In this document: positions 36,208-46,400 of the stretch, piece by piece
How the letters are laid out: each line of letters begins with the position of its first letter
How positions within the stretch are numbered: position 1 is the first letter of the stretch
Virus record (IMG/VR): IMGVR_UViG_3300032242_000295
Span: 1-63,541 of that record
Direction: 5' to 3' (one strand)
Source of the DNA: a virus
Taxonomy: Duplodnaviria; Caudoviricetes
DNA: 63,541 nt
Notes under the pieces: model-generated
Database searches by the model: none
What the model was told of the DNA's origin: nothing
The model's input: the letters and a program-made list of their open reading frames with translations, nothing else
Made by a program: the position numbers and the translations under genes

Positions 36208-36814
36208 TTTACTGAAGATCAATGTCAACGAACATACCGAGAAGAAGAATGGGCTTACCTATCTATCTTGGGCATGGGCATGGGCAGAGGTCTTGAAGGC
36301 AGATCCAAAGGCTAACTTCAAGGTGGAGATGTTTGATGGCGCTCCGCTGATGCCAGTGGGTGGGTCGTACATGGTATGGGTAACCGTCACCATGTTTGAT
36401 AAACCTATTACTTGCATGTTGCCTGTATTGGATTACCGCAACAAACCTATCCCAACACCAAATGCATTTGATGTAAACACATCCATCATGCGTTGCTTGG
36501 TTAAAGCGATAGCGATGCATGGACTCGGTCTGTACATCTATGCGGGTGAAGACACCCCCGAAGAAGAAAAGAAAGTGGTTGAGGTTCAAGTGCAAGAAAT
36601 AGTTGCAGAACTTGAGACGAACCCAGCAAACATGAGATTGTTTGCAGACGCAATGATTGAATATGTTTCTATCTGTGATACAGAAGAGGCATTGAAATCA
36701 TATTGGAAAGCCAACCACACACAACTTGATGTGTTGAAGGCATTTGATAAAGAACTCTACACGAGCGTGCTTGCACGTTTCACAGAGGCAAAAGCTAACT
36801 TAAAGAAGGACTAA
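36182..36814 (+). CDS. Sak-like single-strand annealing protein (DUF1071)
   Basis: LTYLSWAWAW...LPVLDYRNK...MRCLVKAIAMHGLGLYIYAGED. Confidence 0.9.
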   Translation: MSETKTPLDLLKINVNEHTEKKNGLTYLSWAWAWAEVLKADPKANFKVEMFDGAPLMPVGGSYMVWVTVTMFDKPITCMLPVLDYRNKPIPTPNAFDVNTSIMRCLVKAIAMHGLGLYIYAGEDTPEEEKKVVEVQVQEIVAELETNPANMRLFADAMIEYVSICDTEEALKSYWKANHTQLDVLKAFDKELYTSVLARFTEAKANLKKD

Positions 36815-36817
36815 ATC

Positions 36818-37105
36818 ATGGAACAACAGTTTAAACCTAGGGCAGATTCTGGCAACTTGTTTTCATCACAAAGCAAGCGCAGTGAGAAATCACCAGATTA
36901 TTTTGGTGAGGTTGTCATCAATCCAAAAGACATGACCAATGTTAGAACAGAAGATGGCTTACACATCTTCAAGATCAACGGATGGAAGAGAACTGCCAAG
37001 AGCGGTAAGACCTATCTATCCCTTGCGGTTGACCGCTTTGTTCCTGAGAACAAGGGCGTAGCACCACAAACACACACAATCCCTGACGAAGATATCCCAT
37101 TTTAA
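36818..37105 (+). CDS. SSB-like protein
   Basis: SPDYFG...GW..SGKTYLSLAV and an acidic DEDIPF C-terminus. Confidence 0.7.
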   Translation: MEQQFKPRADSGNLFSSQSKRSEKSPDYFGEVVINPKDMTNVRTEDGLHIFKINGWKRTAKSGKTYLSLAVDRFVPENKGVAPQTHTIPDEDIPF

Positions 37106-37114
37106 GGAGTTACT

Positions 37115-37441
37115 ATGAACCGCAGAGGACACAAAAGAGAAAAGATTATTGAGTTGCTTGTCAGTAAACCTGACATGACAATCAAGGAAATCTCTGAGTT
37201 ATGTGGCGTTACCAAGAACTACGCTAACGTGATTATCCAAGGATACAAAGCCGCAAAATCAAATGAGTCTCCGTTTGAGCAATCACTGCCTTTCGAGGAA
37301 ACATTTGATGGGCACATGTACCAAAAGATTAGCAAGCTTAACGAAGAGATTGAGGAACTGAAAAAAGACAATCTTGCCTACCAAGCAGTGATTGGATATC
37401 TTGAGTACAAGTTGGAGCAAACACTTGCCGATGCAGTTTGA
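37115..37441 (+). CDS. HTH DNA-binding protein with coiled coil
   Basis: PDMTIKEISELCGVTKNYA. Confidence 0.65.
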   Translation: MNRRGHKREKIIELLVSKPDMTIKEISELCGVTKNYANVIIQGYKAAKSNESPFEQSLPFEETFDGHMYQKISKLNEEIEELKKDNLAYQAVIGYLEYKLEQTLADAV

Positions 37442-37817
37442 AGCTAGGAAGGTAGCTTTAAAGCAAGATAAGACGGGGTACATCCTTACCCTGTCTTTGC
37501 ACCCCGACGAAATCCCAGAGGAGTTAATGAGGGATTTTGTTGGGGCTCGATATGGCTGTGCGCTTGTCCGCATTCAAGATGACGAGACACCAAGAACATA
37601 TACCAACAGGGTTCAGAAGGCGGGAATACTTTGCCGTGATGAATCCTTCCAACGATTTGCCGGAGTCAGTTCAGAAGAAGATGCGGCATCGGCTATCTGT
37701 TTGAGATGCAGTATTGCATCAAGGGCAGAGTTAAATGGCAATCGTGAAGCACAGGATGAATTTGATTCCATGCTGCATGAATACGAAGAATGGAGTTTAA
37801 ACAATGACAGCTTTTAA
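37431..37817 (+). CDS. Phage hypothetical protein
   Basis: MQFEARKVAL...AGILCRDESF...IASRAELN. Confidence 0.7.
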   Translation: MQFEARKVALKQDKTGYILTLSLHPDEIPEELMRDFVGARYGCALVRIQDDETPRTYTNRVQKAGILCRDESFQRFAGVSSEEDAASAICLRCSIASRAELNGNREAQDEFDSMLHEYEEWSLNNDSF

Positions 37818-38100
37818 AGTGAAGCCGTTCATGACCTATCTGGAAGAGCAGGACATAGACCGACTAAAGAAGTTTGCAAAGAAGAAAAAGATAACGATGT
37901 CTCATGTGATACGAGAGGCTCTGCATGCAAGGATGGCTGAAGGCAATCCCTACAACGCAGGTTTCAACGACGGTGTTGATGAATGCATTAAGTTAATCAA
38001 AGACAACAAGGCTTCACAGATGAGGTTCCCATCGGGCAGTTCATTTGCTGAGTTGATTGAGATTGATTTGATGAAGGCAAAGATACTGGAAGTTGCATGA
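37804..38100 (+). CDS. Ribbon-helix-helix-like DNA-binding protein
   Basis: FMTYLEEQDIDRLKKFAKKKKITMSHVIREAL. Confidence 0.6.
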   Translation: MTAFKVKPFMTYLEEQDIDRLKKFAKKKKITMSHVIREALHARMAEGNPYNAGFNDGVDECIKLIKDNKASQMRFPSGSSFAELIEIDLMKAKILEVA

Positions 38101-38309
38101 AAGTTTTAAGCGGAGACAGGAACCAATGCCAAACCTGTAAGGAGTACTTCAACAGTTCAGGGGCGTTTGATAAACACCGCGTTGGAGAGCACGGTTTAAA
38201 CAGACGCTGCAGAACCCGGGAGGAAATGCAGGCTAAGGGAATGAGTTTAAACAAAGATGGTTTTTGGATTAAAGAACCTATGAAAAAATTTTTCTTTGAC
38301 AAAACATGA
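38097..38309 (+). CDS. Zn-binding protein (CxxC...FDxHR)
   Basis: CQTCKEYFNSSGAFDKHRVG...RRC. Confidence 0.7.
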   Translation: MKVLSGDRNQCQTCKEYFNSSGAFDKHRVGEHGLNRRCRTREEMQAKGMSLNKDGFWIKEPMKKFFFDKT

Positions 38310-38632
38310 AAACAATAATACATAACGACATCAGATGTGGAGGTGTTATGAAATTGACAGCGGCATGCATGATATGCAACAGGATGGTTCCAGCGGGGGA
38401 GTTCTGCCCTCACTGCGTTACGCAAGTGGATTTAAACGAGGCAGAGAAGCAGAGCTCGGTTAAGCGGGAGATCATTGGCTCCCTTAACCGTAAGCGCAGA
38501 CCTGTATGGACTGACCCTAGGGAGTGGAAGGGACTGACAGACAAAGAGATATACAACATTGACTTTGAGAAGCACTCGTTCTACGAAGCCGCCAAGATCA
38601 TTGAAGAAATACTTAGGATGAGGAACACATGA
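38306..38632 (+). CDS. Hypothetical protein (WxGLT family)
   Basis: CxxC pairs; WKGLTDKEI motif shared with 39074..39658. Confidence 0.6.
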   Translation: MKTIIHNDIRCGGVMKLTAACMICNRMVPAGEFCPHCVTQVDLNEAEKQSSVKREIIGSLNRKRRPVWTDPREWKGLTDKEIYNIDFEKHSFYEAAKIIEEILRMRNT

Positions 38633-38856
38633 CACAAGATGAAATCATTGAGATGGCTAGACAGGCTGGCTTTTCTATTGCCAACGGCATTGTGACTGGT
38701 GGCGTTACTGACATTAAACGCTTTGCAGAACTGGTAGCAGAAAAAGAGCGTGAGTCTTGCGCTGAAAGAGCTTGGGTTGCTTTGGTAAAACATGGTCAAC
38801 CTTGGAATGTTAGACAAGATGTAACAAATGCAATCAGAGCAAGGGGACAAGCATGA
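38629..38856 (+). CDS. Hypothetical protein, paralog 1 (MTQDEIIE...AIRARGQA)
   Basis: Paralog of the next gene. Confidence 0.75.
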   Translation: MTQDEIIEMARQAGFSIANGIVTGGVTDIKRFAELVAEKERESCAERAWVALVKHGQPWNVRQDVTNAIRARGQA

Positions 38857-39077
38857 CACAAGATGAAATCATTGAATTGGCTTATAAGGCTTATGAAAAT
38901 TGCGACCATATACCTAATTTGAAAATCCCAAAAGAATTTATTGAATCCTTTGCCAAACTAGTGGTAGAACGTGAGCGTGAGGCGTGTGCAAAGGTGTGTG
39001 AAGAATACGACAACGGCAGACACGCTAATGCCGCTGACTTGTGTGCCGAAGCCATCCGAGCAAGGGGACAAGCATGA
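38853..39077 (+). CDS. Hypothetical protein, paralog 2
   Basis: EREACAKVC...AIRARGQA. Confidence 0.75.
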   Translation: MTQDEIIELAYKAYENCDHIPNLKIPKEFIESFAKLVVEREREACAKVCEEYDNGRHANAADLCAEAIRARGQA

Positions 39078-39658
39078 CAAAGTTATGGGTTGACCCGCCT
39101 GAGGGTTGGAAGTTTGGTTTCCCCGCTATCTATGATTCTGAAACAGACGGGCAGATAAGTGATTGGGCTGTCAGAAAAGGCTATCCACTTCTGACAATTA
39201 AAGAGTATGGAGAGCAATGGCATGTCCGTTGTTGGTCTGCGGAAGAACCCGAAGAATGTCCCGATCAGGTCATAAATACACAAGAACAGGCTAAAGCGGT
39301 AGAAAATGCCCCGATCGGGGCAACTAGAGAACAACTAATCGCAGAGGTTGCCGTACTGACTGAGTTGGTGCGTGTCTTGTCCGACAGAGTTGCTGAGATG
39401 GAGAAGCAAGAGCCTGTGGCGTGGATGTATATTTGTGATGGCGATGAAGCACACCCAGTTCTAGTACACACGCAAAAAGATTGGACAAGAGCCTCTTGGT
39501 GGCATGAAGTTCCTCTCTACGCCACACCACAACAACGCACATGGGTTGGGCTGACAAAAGAAGATATTGACTACCTTGGAATTCATACCACGGACACGCA
39601 TCCCGAAGATTTTATTAGGTATGTAGAAGCCAAACTCAAGGAGAAGAACAATGCTTGA
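39074..39658 (+). CDS. Mosaic hypothetical protein
   Basis: VDPPEGWKFGFP module plus EPVAW...WVGLT module. Confidence 0.65.
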   Translation: MTKLWVDPPEGWKFGFPAIYDSETDGQISDWAVRKGYPLLTIKEYGEQWHVRCWSAEEPEECPDQVINTQEQAKAVENAPIGATREQLIAEVAVLTELVRVLSDRVAEMEKQEPVAWMYICDGDEAHPVLVHTQKDWTRASWWHEVPLYATPQQRTWVGLTKEDIDYLGIHTTDTHPEDFIRYVEAKLKEKNNA

Positions 39659-39752
39659 AACTATTGCATGGGTAGTTATGTTGATGTGCATGGGCGGGGC
39701 AATCGTGGTGATTGTCGGTGTTGCTGTATTCATGATGTCGGAGGACAAATGA
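39651..39752 (+). CDS. Small single-pass membrane protein, 33 aa (absent from ORF track)
   Basis: MLETIAWVVMLMCMGGAIVVIVGVAVFMMSEDK; overlaps both neighbours. Confidence 0.5.
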   Translation: MLETIAWVVMLMCMGGAIVVIVGVAVFMMSEDK

Positions 39753-39952
39753 AATGCCCTATATGCGATGCATGGTCTACCGTAAAGGAGACTCGGAAAA
39801 CAAAGAAGCTAGGCTACATCAGAAGAAGAGAATGTGCAAATGAACACAGGTTTACCACGCAGGAAGTTGTGGTGGTGGATGATCAACTTAGAAGTTTAAA
39901 CAAGGAATTTTATGCAGGACGAAAACGACAACAAGACGCTGCCGCTGCTTGA
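39749..39952 (+). CDS. Zn-ribbon protein (NrdR N-terminal/Ogr-like)
   Basis: MKCPIC...VKETR...RRRECANEHRFTTQE. Confidence 0.7.
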   Translation: MKCPICDAWSTVKETRKTKKLGYIRRRECANEHRFTTQEVVVVDDQLRSLNKEFYAGRKRQQDAAAA

Positions 39953-40154
39953 CTCGGCGTGTAAACTGGCTTTCTGTAACTTCATAGGGCAGAGAACCTT
40001 TGAAGGCGACAACGGCTGGTCATACGAGGTGTGGCGTACCGCTTGGAATATGGCTTTGCTATCTGCCATCCGTACATTTGAGACGGACGACGACGAAAGC
40101 TTTTACGGAGAAGAGGTGGCTAACACCATACGGCACTATGTACAGGAACAATAA
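39912..40154 (+). CDS. Hypothetical protein
   Basis: ORF within the operon. Confidence 0.5.
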   Translation: MQDENDNKTLPLLDSACKLAFCNFIGQRTFEGDNGWSYEVWRTAWNMALLSAIRTFETDDDESFYGEEVANTIRHYVQEQ

Positions 40155-40425
40155 ACTGCTTGAGGTAGTCAGGCAAGCACCCTGTCAGCGATGCGGTATA
40201 GAGGACGGCACTGTAGTTGCCGCGCATTCCAATCAATTAAAAGACGGTAAAGGCAGAGGCATAAAAGCACCTGACTACAGGATAGCTGCCCTTTGCTTTC
40301 GCTGTCATCACGAGATTGACCAAGGAAATAAGCTCACCAAGATTGAGCGTTTAAACGCATGGGATGAGGCTCACCGGGAAACGATAGGCTGGCTGTTTGA
40401 GAACAACCACCTATCAGTCCATTGA
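40138..40425 (+). CDS. DUF1364/HNH-like Zn-binding putative nuclease
   Basis: PCQRCG..VVAAHSN..GKGRGIKAPD..AALCFRCHHEID. Confidence 0.75.
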   Translation: MYRNNKLLEVVRQAPCQRCGIEDGTVVAAHSNQLKDGKGRGIKAPDYRIAALCFRCHHEIDQGNKLTKIERLNAWDEAHRETIGWLFENNHLSVH

Positions 40426-43400
40426 CTTCCTAAAGAGTTTAATGTTGGCGGTTATGTTGTTTTGCGCCTGATTTAAACTGGTAAGAAGATCTCGCTTGGT
40501 GTCTGCGTCCATGTTTGATGAACGTATTGCGGTGGCGGCTTCGTTTAGCTCTTTCATGTCTTTATCCATAGACTTAACTAAGTCAGCGCTCGCTAACATC
40601 TTGATGGTTTCTTGGCTGTACTGAGACAAATTCTCAAAGTTCATGGTGCGCTCAAGGAAGTTAGATGTCCTGACCGCCTCATCTACAGAGTTCTTGAGGT
40701 CGTAGTACGCCGTCACATTGCCACGTGCTTCTGGGTCAAGTAAGAACCTACGGATGACTGGCATCTGCTCAAAGCGTTTAGACGCTCTAGGCACGTCGCT
40801 ATTAGATGCTGTGATTGCATCGATAGCATCTACCGCATACATACCAAACGTTCCCGTATACCCGCCGATGATGTGATCAATCATCATTGGAGATTCGCCC
40901 GTCACACTACCCAACCACTTAGCCAAGCGAGATGTGTTGGGTCCTACTTGGAATTCCTTAGCCACGCCCTCTAGACCTTGACCGACAATGGCTCGGTTGG
41001 TAAAGAAGGAGTAGTTTGTCTTTGCCTCAACGATAGGCAGAACAACCTGAGGGATTGGGTTAAACGCAAATGTACTCATGAAGTTACGCTTCATGGCATC
41101 AGCAAAGTCTTTACCAGTGTCAGTGCCAAATGAGTAAGCGGCAATGCGCTCAGGGATAACCTTGAAGATAACACCCACCTCAAATGGGATAGGTATCTTG
41201 ATGCCTAGGCTAGGAATCAACCAGTTGTTATCGCGTGTTTCTTGTTCCTGTTTCTTGTAGTCATCATCGTCATGGGTGAGACCCCAGTAAATCATGGACA
41301 AAGCCATGATAGTTGCTCCTCTAATGAAGAACGACTTCTGGATTGCTTTTGCATCTTGCGTAGCCATCTTGCCAAAGGCGGCACGATATAAAACATCTAG
41401 ACCTTGGATGCGTGCATTTAAGAACGGAACGGCGGCGGTCATTATCCTGATCACAGCAGAACTGCCCTTGCGGTTAAAGTTCATCACCTCGAGCGCACGG
41501 AACAGGGCTTCAGCCTCGTTGCCTGTTTCGGCTAGAACATTCTTGTAAACTTCCATGCGGGTAGCGGCATCTGATGCTGTAGTGCCTTTTTCTAATGCTT
41601 CCCATACAGATGTAAACGGCTTGGTAATCTTGCCAAATGATGTGCTTGGACCGTACTTGGCTAACTCTTTCTTGAGCTGTTTACCGCTTGCTTCCACGTT
41701 CTGGGAGAACTCATATCCTCCCAAGATACCAGCGTTTAAAAGCGCTTGATACTCAGGGGCAGTACCACGCAGTGCACCGGTAAAGTTCTTGACTGCGGAT
41801 GCGATAGGAGTCATCTTGACACCGCTCGTTACCCATGCAGACATAGAGTCACGCACCATGTTGGCTAACATGAAGCCGGGGTCTTTGGTAACTAGGTTAC
41901 GCAAAAGGTTAGCCGGGCCAGCAAAGAAGCCGAGGAACGGCAATTCAGGCAAGTTTAAACTCTGCATTGAGTTATACAGAGCTGGGTCAGCAACGATGTA
42001 TGCCTTCTTCTGACCGTTCTCTAATACATGCACAACAGAGGGATTTGTATCAGATGGGAACGTTGGCACTGCCTCGCCAATATCCTCAAAAACTTTAACT
42101 GCACGCTGGGCTGCCGTGTTTTTCATACCAGCTTGGATGCCAGATTGAACGTTACGGACAATGGTTTCCATCAAATCAGCGATAGCAGTGGGTGAACCTT
42201 CCAACTTTTTGCCAATTTTCACGGCAGAAATGCTTTGGAATACCTTGGGGCCAAGGGTCTGCTCGTCTTCCAACTGGCGGTAGAACGGAATGTAGTCAGA
42301 GTATTTACGGTACTCGTCAGCCATAGACTTACTCAATACTCCGGTGTCCACTTGGTATTGGACTAGGGCGTCGTTGAACTTGTTCCACTCGTCAAATATC
42401 TGTTTAAACTCAGGATATTGATTGACTAACTGATCCGCGTAAGCCAAGTCGGCTGGTGTGTAGTTCTGCTCTCTATTGTCTTTAAAGAACCTACGGGCAC
42501 GTTTAGCACCAGCATAGAACTGCCACATCTGATAAATGCGTGGGTCGCCATACTTAGCCAACGGGGCAAAGATAGCGACTGGTCCTTTGATGCTTCCATC
42601 AATAGTGGTAATTCCATTACGGAACACAGGCGCACCGCCATGACGATCATGTACACCCAGTGCGGAGGCTGTTACACCGGCGGCTAGGTCAGACATAAGG
42701 GCTGCGGCTTCTGCGCTTTGGTCGGCTAGAAGGGCTGCCCCGCCCATCTTCTCAGCACGTTTCTTGTCAGCAACGCTCATAGCGTTGTAACGGTTCATAG
42801 CTTTAGAACGGAAATCAGACCATGATTTAGGCGAGATGGCATCCATCATCCGTTCGGCAAAACCTTTCTGCTCCCTTACATAGGTGGCTCTGTCGATAGC
42901 GGCATTTATTTGAGGAGACACAGAGTTTCTCAGGCTTAGACGGATGTCACCTTCTGCCTGTGCTTGACGGGCTTGCTCAGGTGTCATGCCGAGGCGTGCG
43001 GCTTGTTCTGTGCTTATCTCACCTAATCCGTACGTACCAATGTTGCCTGTAACGGACTTAATGGCGGTCGGGTTATAAACGGCATAGTTTTTAGAGCCAG
43101 CTTCAAGAACAGAGAACCCATCAAAGCCTAGAGCGCGGATAGCTTCTTGTACTGGCTCACTCTCAATGCGGGTCCAGAGACCACGTGAGATTTGTCCTTT
43201 AACCGAGTTCAACCAGTTATCAGCATTCTTCATGCGGCCCATTACTGATGAGTTATTCATCATCCATTCATAGACCCTGTTTACATCATCCTTGTTGGCA
43301 TAGTCAAACACGTTCTTAGCGTTGACATACACGGGCATGATGTTGCCTTTGGTCGGCAGCAGATTGTTTAAACTCTCAATGATCTCACCCTCTATCTGGT

Positions 43401-46400
43401 AGGGCAGACCAACGATTCTTTTCTTCTCTGGGTCTACAGCGGGGACACGTTTCTTTAGTTCGCTGGTAATCTCTTTAAGTTCTTTGGCGTTGATTGTTCC
43501 GTCTCGTTCAGCCTGTTCAGCCACGGTAGTGATCAGGTCAACCTTCTCTTCACGGGTCAAAGCCTTATAGGCTTCCACACGCATATAGTCAACACCCATG
43601 TCGGCATAGGTATGGGCAACCTCGGGCTTGGTCGTTACAAAGATCGCACCAGCTTGCTTGCCTTTGAACTGGGTAATGTCACGGGCAGTGCCGTGGTACA
43701 TGATCAACGGCTCACCGTTGGATGTAAAGTAACTACCAGTAAACCACTGTTTAAACTCTTTAGATTCTGGCGGTTGCCGGGTGCTGCGTAAGCTGTATTT
43801 AACTTCGCCTTCAGAGAATTTTTGTTTTATTACATTCCTGTTTTCGTAGTTAATTGGCTCTAAACCATACGCAACAAACCCTCTAATTCCGTATTCATCT
43901 TTATCAAACTTTTGCGGATGGATGTACAAATCATCTATAGATTCTCTGTCTTCTCCGCGAACAAATTGAAAAACAACCGGCACTTTCTCAAAGCCAGCAT
44001 CACGAAGAGCCATCATTCTGTGACGACCTTCATGACCCCTAACAGTTAACTCATGCTTTCTACCTTCTGTAGGTTCCACCTCCAAATTAATAGGTTGAGA
44101 TTCTTTTCTCAATCTATCAATATCTAAGGGTTCCTTCTCAGATTCAAGTTTTTCTTTGTCGCTTAGTGGTATCGTTGCGTTTAAAAAATCTTTTGGGGAA
44201 ACATAAGCTATATACGCTTTGGTCTTTTTCTCTGCGCCATTTTGTAAATAGATGTTATCATCAATTAATTTGTTGATTCTTTCATCCGTAAGTCCAATAG
44301 TTTTAAGACTTAGCTTTGCGTCTTCACCGGTTTCTGGTTCTGGCTCAACTTTTCTAAGTTCTTTTTGGAGGAGCTTGGTTGCTTCTGCCCGAAGATTACG
44401 GCTGGCTTGGCGTAGAACGCCTGCGTTTCCTCTGGGGTCGCTTGACGGATTGGCATAATCGTAGTCCTTCTTCTCTGGGAATGCTGTGTAAACAGTGTCG
44501 GTTACAACGTTGTAGTCATCTTCTAACTTGTCGTTAACAAGTTTTGCAAGTTCTTCTGTTGGAACATCAGAGTAATTTAATATTACCATGTGTCCGTTCA
44601 TAAATGACTGACCACCAACAGGCTTTTCGCCGTTGACTTCAATCTCACGTAGCTTCTGGTAAATCTTATCTACTTCTGCGGCAGACGCATCACCCAACTC
44701 AACACGGACTGCGCCAGTCTCGCTTAGACCCTTACCCTCTTTGGGTGATACAACCATCATGGAGTCTTGAGACAAGGCATAACCCAAGAAGTTAGCCATA
44801 GCGACTGAATCGCCTGAGTCTAAGTACAGGGCAAATGATGGATTGGTGTCGTCTAGATAACTGCCGACTTGTGTATCAACGTAGCCAGTCAGTCCAAATC
44901 TCTCAAGCGCATCTTTGATGATCTTGTTACCAATACGGTCGCTGATATCAATGCGCTGTGCCGTAGACAATGAACGCCACTTATTTGTAAGCGCCTTGTT
45001 GTTTGGATCAGGAGCAACTTCAAAGATGACCCGCTTGCGTCTTGGGGTCTCTCTCTCTTGTTCTAGTACTGCTCGTTTTCTTCCGCGCTCGAGTAGTTTT
45101 TCTTTTTCCGCAGTTTGGAGTGCGCCAAGTCTGACAGGTTGTGCGCCAGCTGTTTTAGCTCCCTTGGAGACTGCTGTCTTAGCCAGTTGTTGTGCTGTTC
45201 TTGATCCAAGTTTGGCTGCTGACTCAAGTTCTGATTCTCCATAACCTTCTCCTGTAAGAATTTTCTTTATGGCTCCAGCATAGTTTTGACTTGTAACCCT
45301 AAGCTTAACGCCTAGTGCTTTGTACAACTCTTGCTCAGGATACCAGATAACCGCTTGCAATGAAGCTGGCGGTACACGTTTACCATATTTTTCCTCAACA
45401 ATGTCAACCATTTGATTGACAATGTCACGCAAGTTTCTACGCTCAGTGCCGTTTGATGGTGCGTCTTTAGGCGCGTCCAGTGACTTAATCATTGTTTCTG
45501 ATGCGCCAACCAGTTTGGACTTCTCTCTTACCCCGTTGTCATAATCAACACGGTTGTTCTTAAAGTCGCGCTCATGCGCACTCTTGACCTTACGTGCCAA
45601 AGCCTCAGCGGCGGCATCATCCACCTTGGCTAGTTCTATCTCGTCTTGGTCAAACTGGTTAGCAAATACACCATTACTGCCCTCAGTGTCCAGTTCATCT
45701 CTGAACTTGGCAAGCTGGGCATCATACAACTCTTGTCTAAATGCCTTGAGGTTTCCTGTCAAACGTCCAATAGTCCTCATGAACCACATGTCCATAGTGA
45801 CTGGCTCAAAATTGCCATTTAAATTGGAATAAAAACCAAAGCCAATCTTGGGACCGAAGACAGAAGAGCCTAAGACTTTCTCATCGCCAAGCTCGCCCTT
45901 GATGTTAAAACCAGCACTACGCATCTCGTCCACAGTAAATTCTGTTTCTAAGAACTGACGCATGAGGTCAGGACCCATGTCTTCTAGTAAATAGTTAGCC
46001 AACTTAAAGTTACTAACCATTGCAGACTGATCAGCGCCTTGACCTATCTCTGGGAATCTGCCGCTAGGTCTGAACTGTTCATAGACCTTCATGGCAAACG
46101 CAAGGTTGTCCTCTACGTTTAAACCTTGTGATGTAATCGCTGTCGCAATCCTGAACGCACTTCTTGCGTTTACATCTGTGTTTAGCTCTTGGTATTTAAG
46201 ACCAGCCATAGCCAAGGTTTTATTGATGACTGAGTCATACCACTCAAGGTTAGCACCGCCAGAACGGATAGCCGCCATAGCCTCGGTAGCCATCAGTTTG
46301 GCAATAGTCCTTCTATCTTTAGGATTGTCTACGCTAAGTAACGGAACGCCAGACTTTCTGCGCTCGTCTTGTAAGAACTGGACAACCTCAGGTAAGCCAC

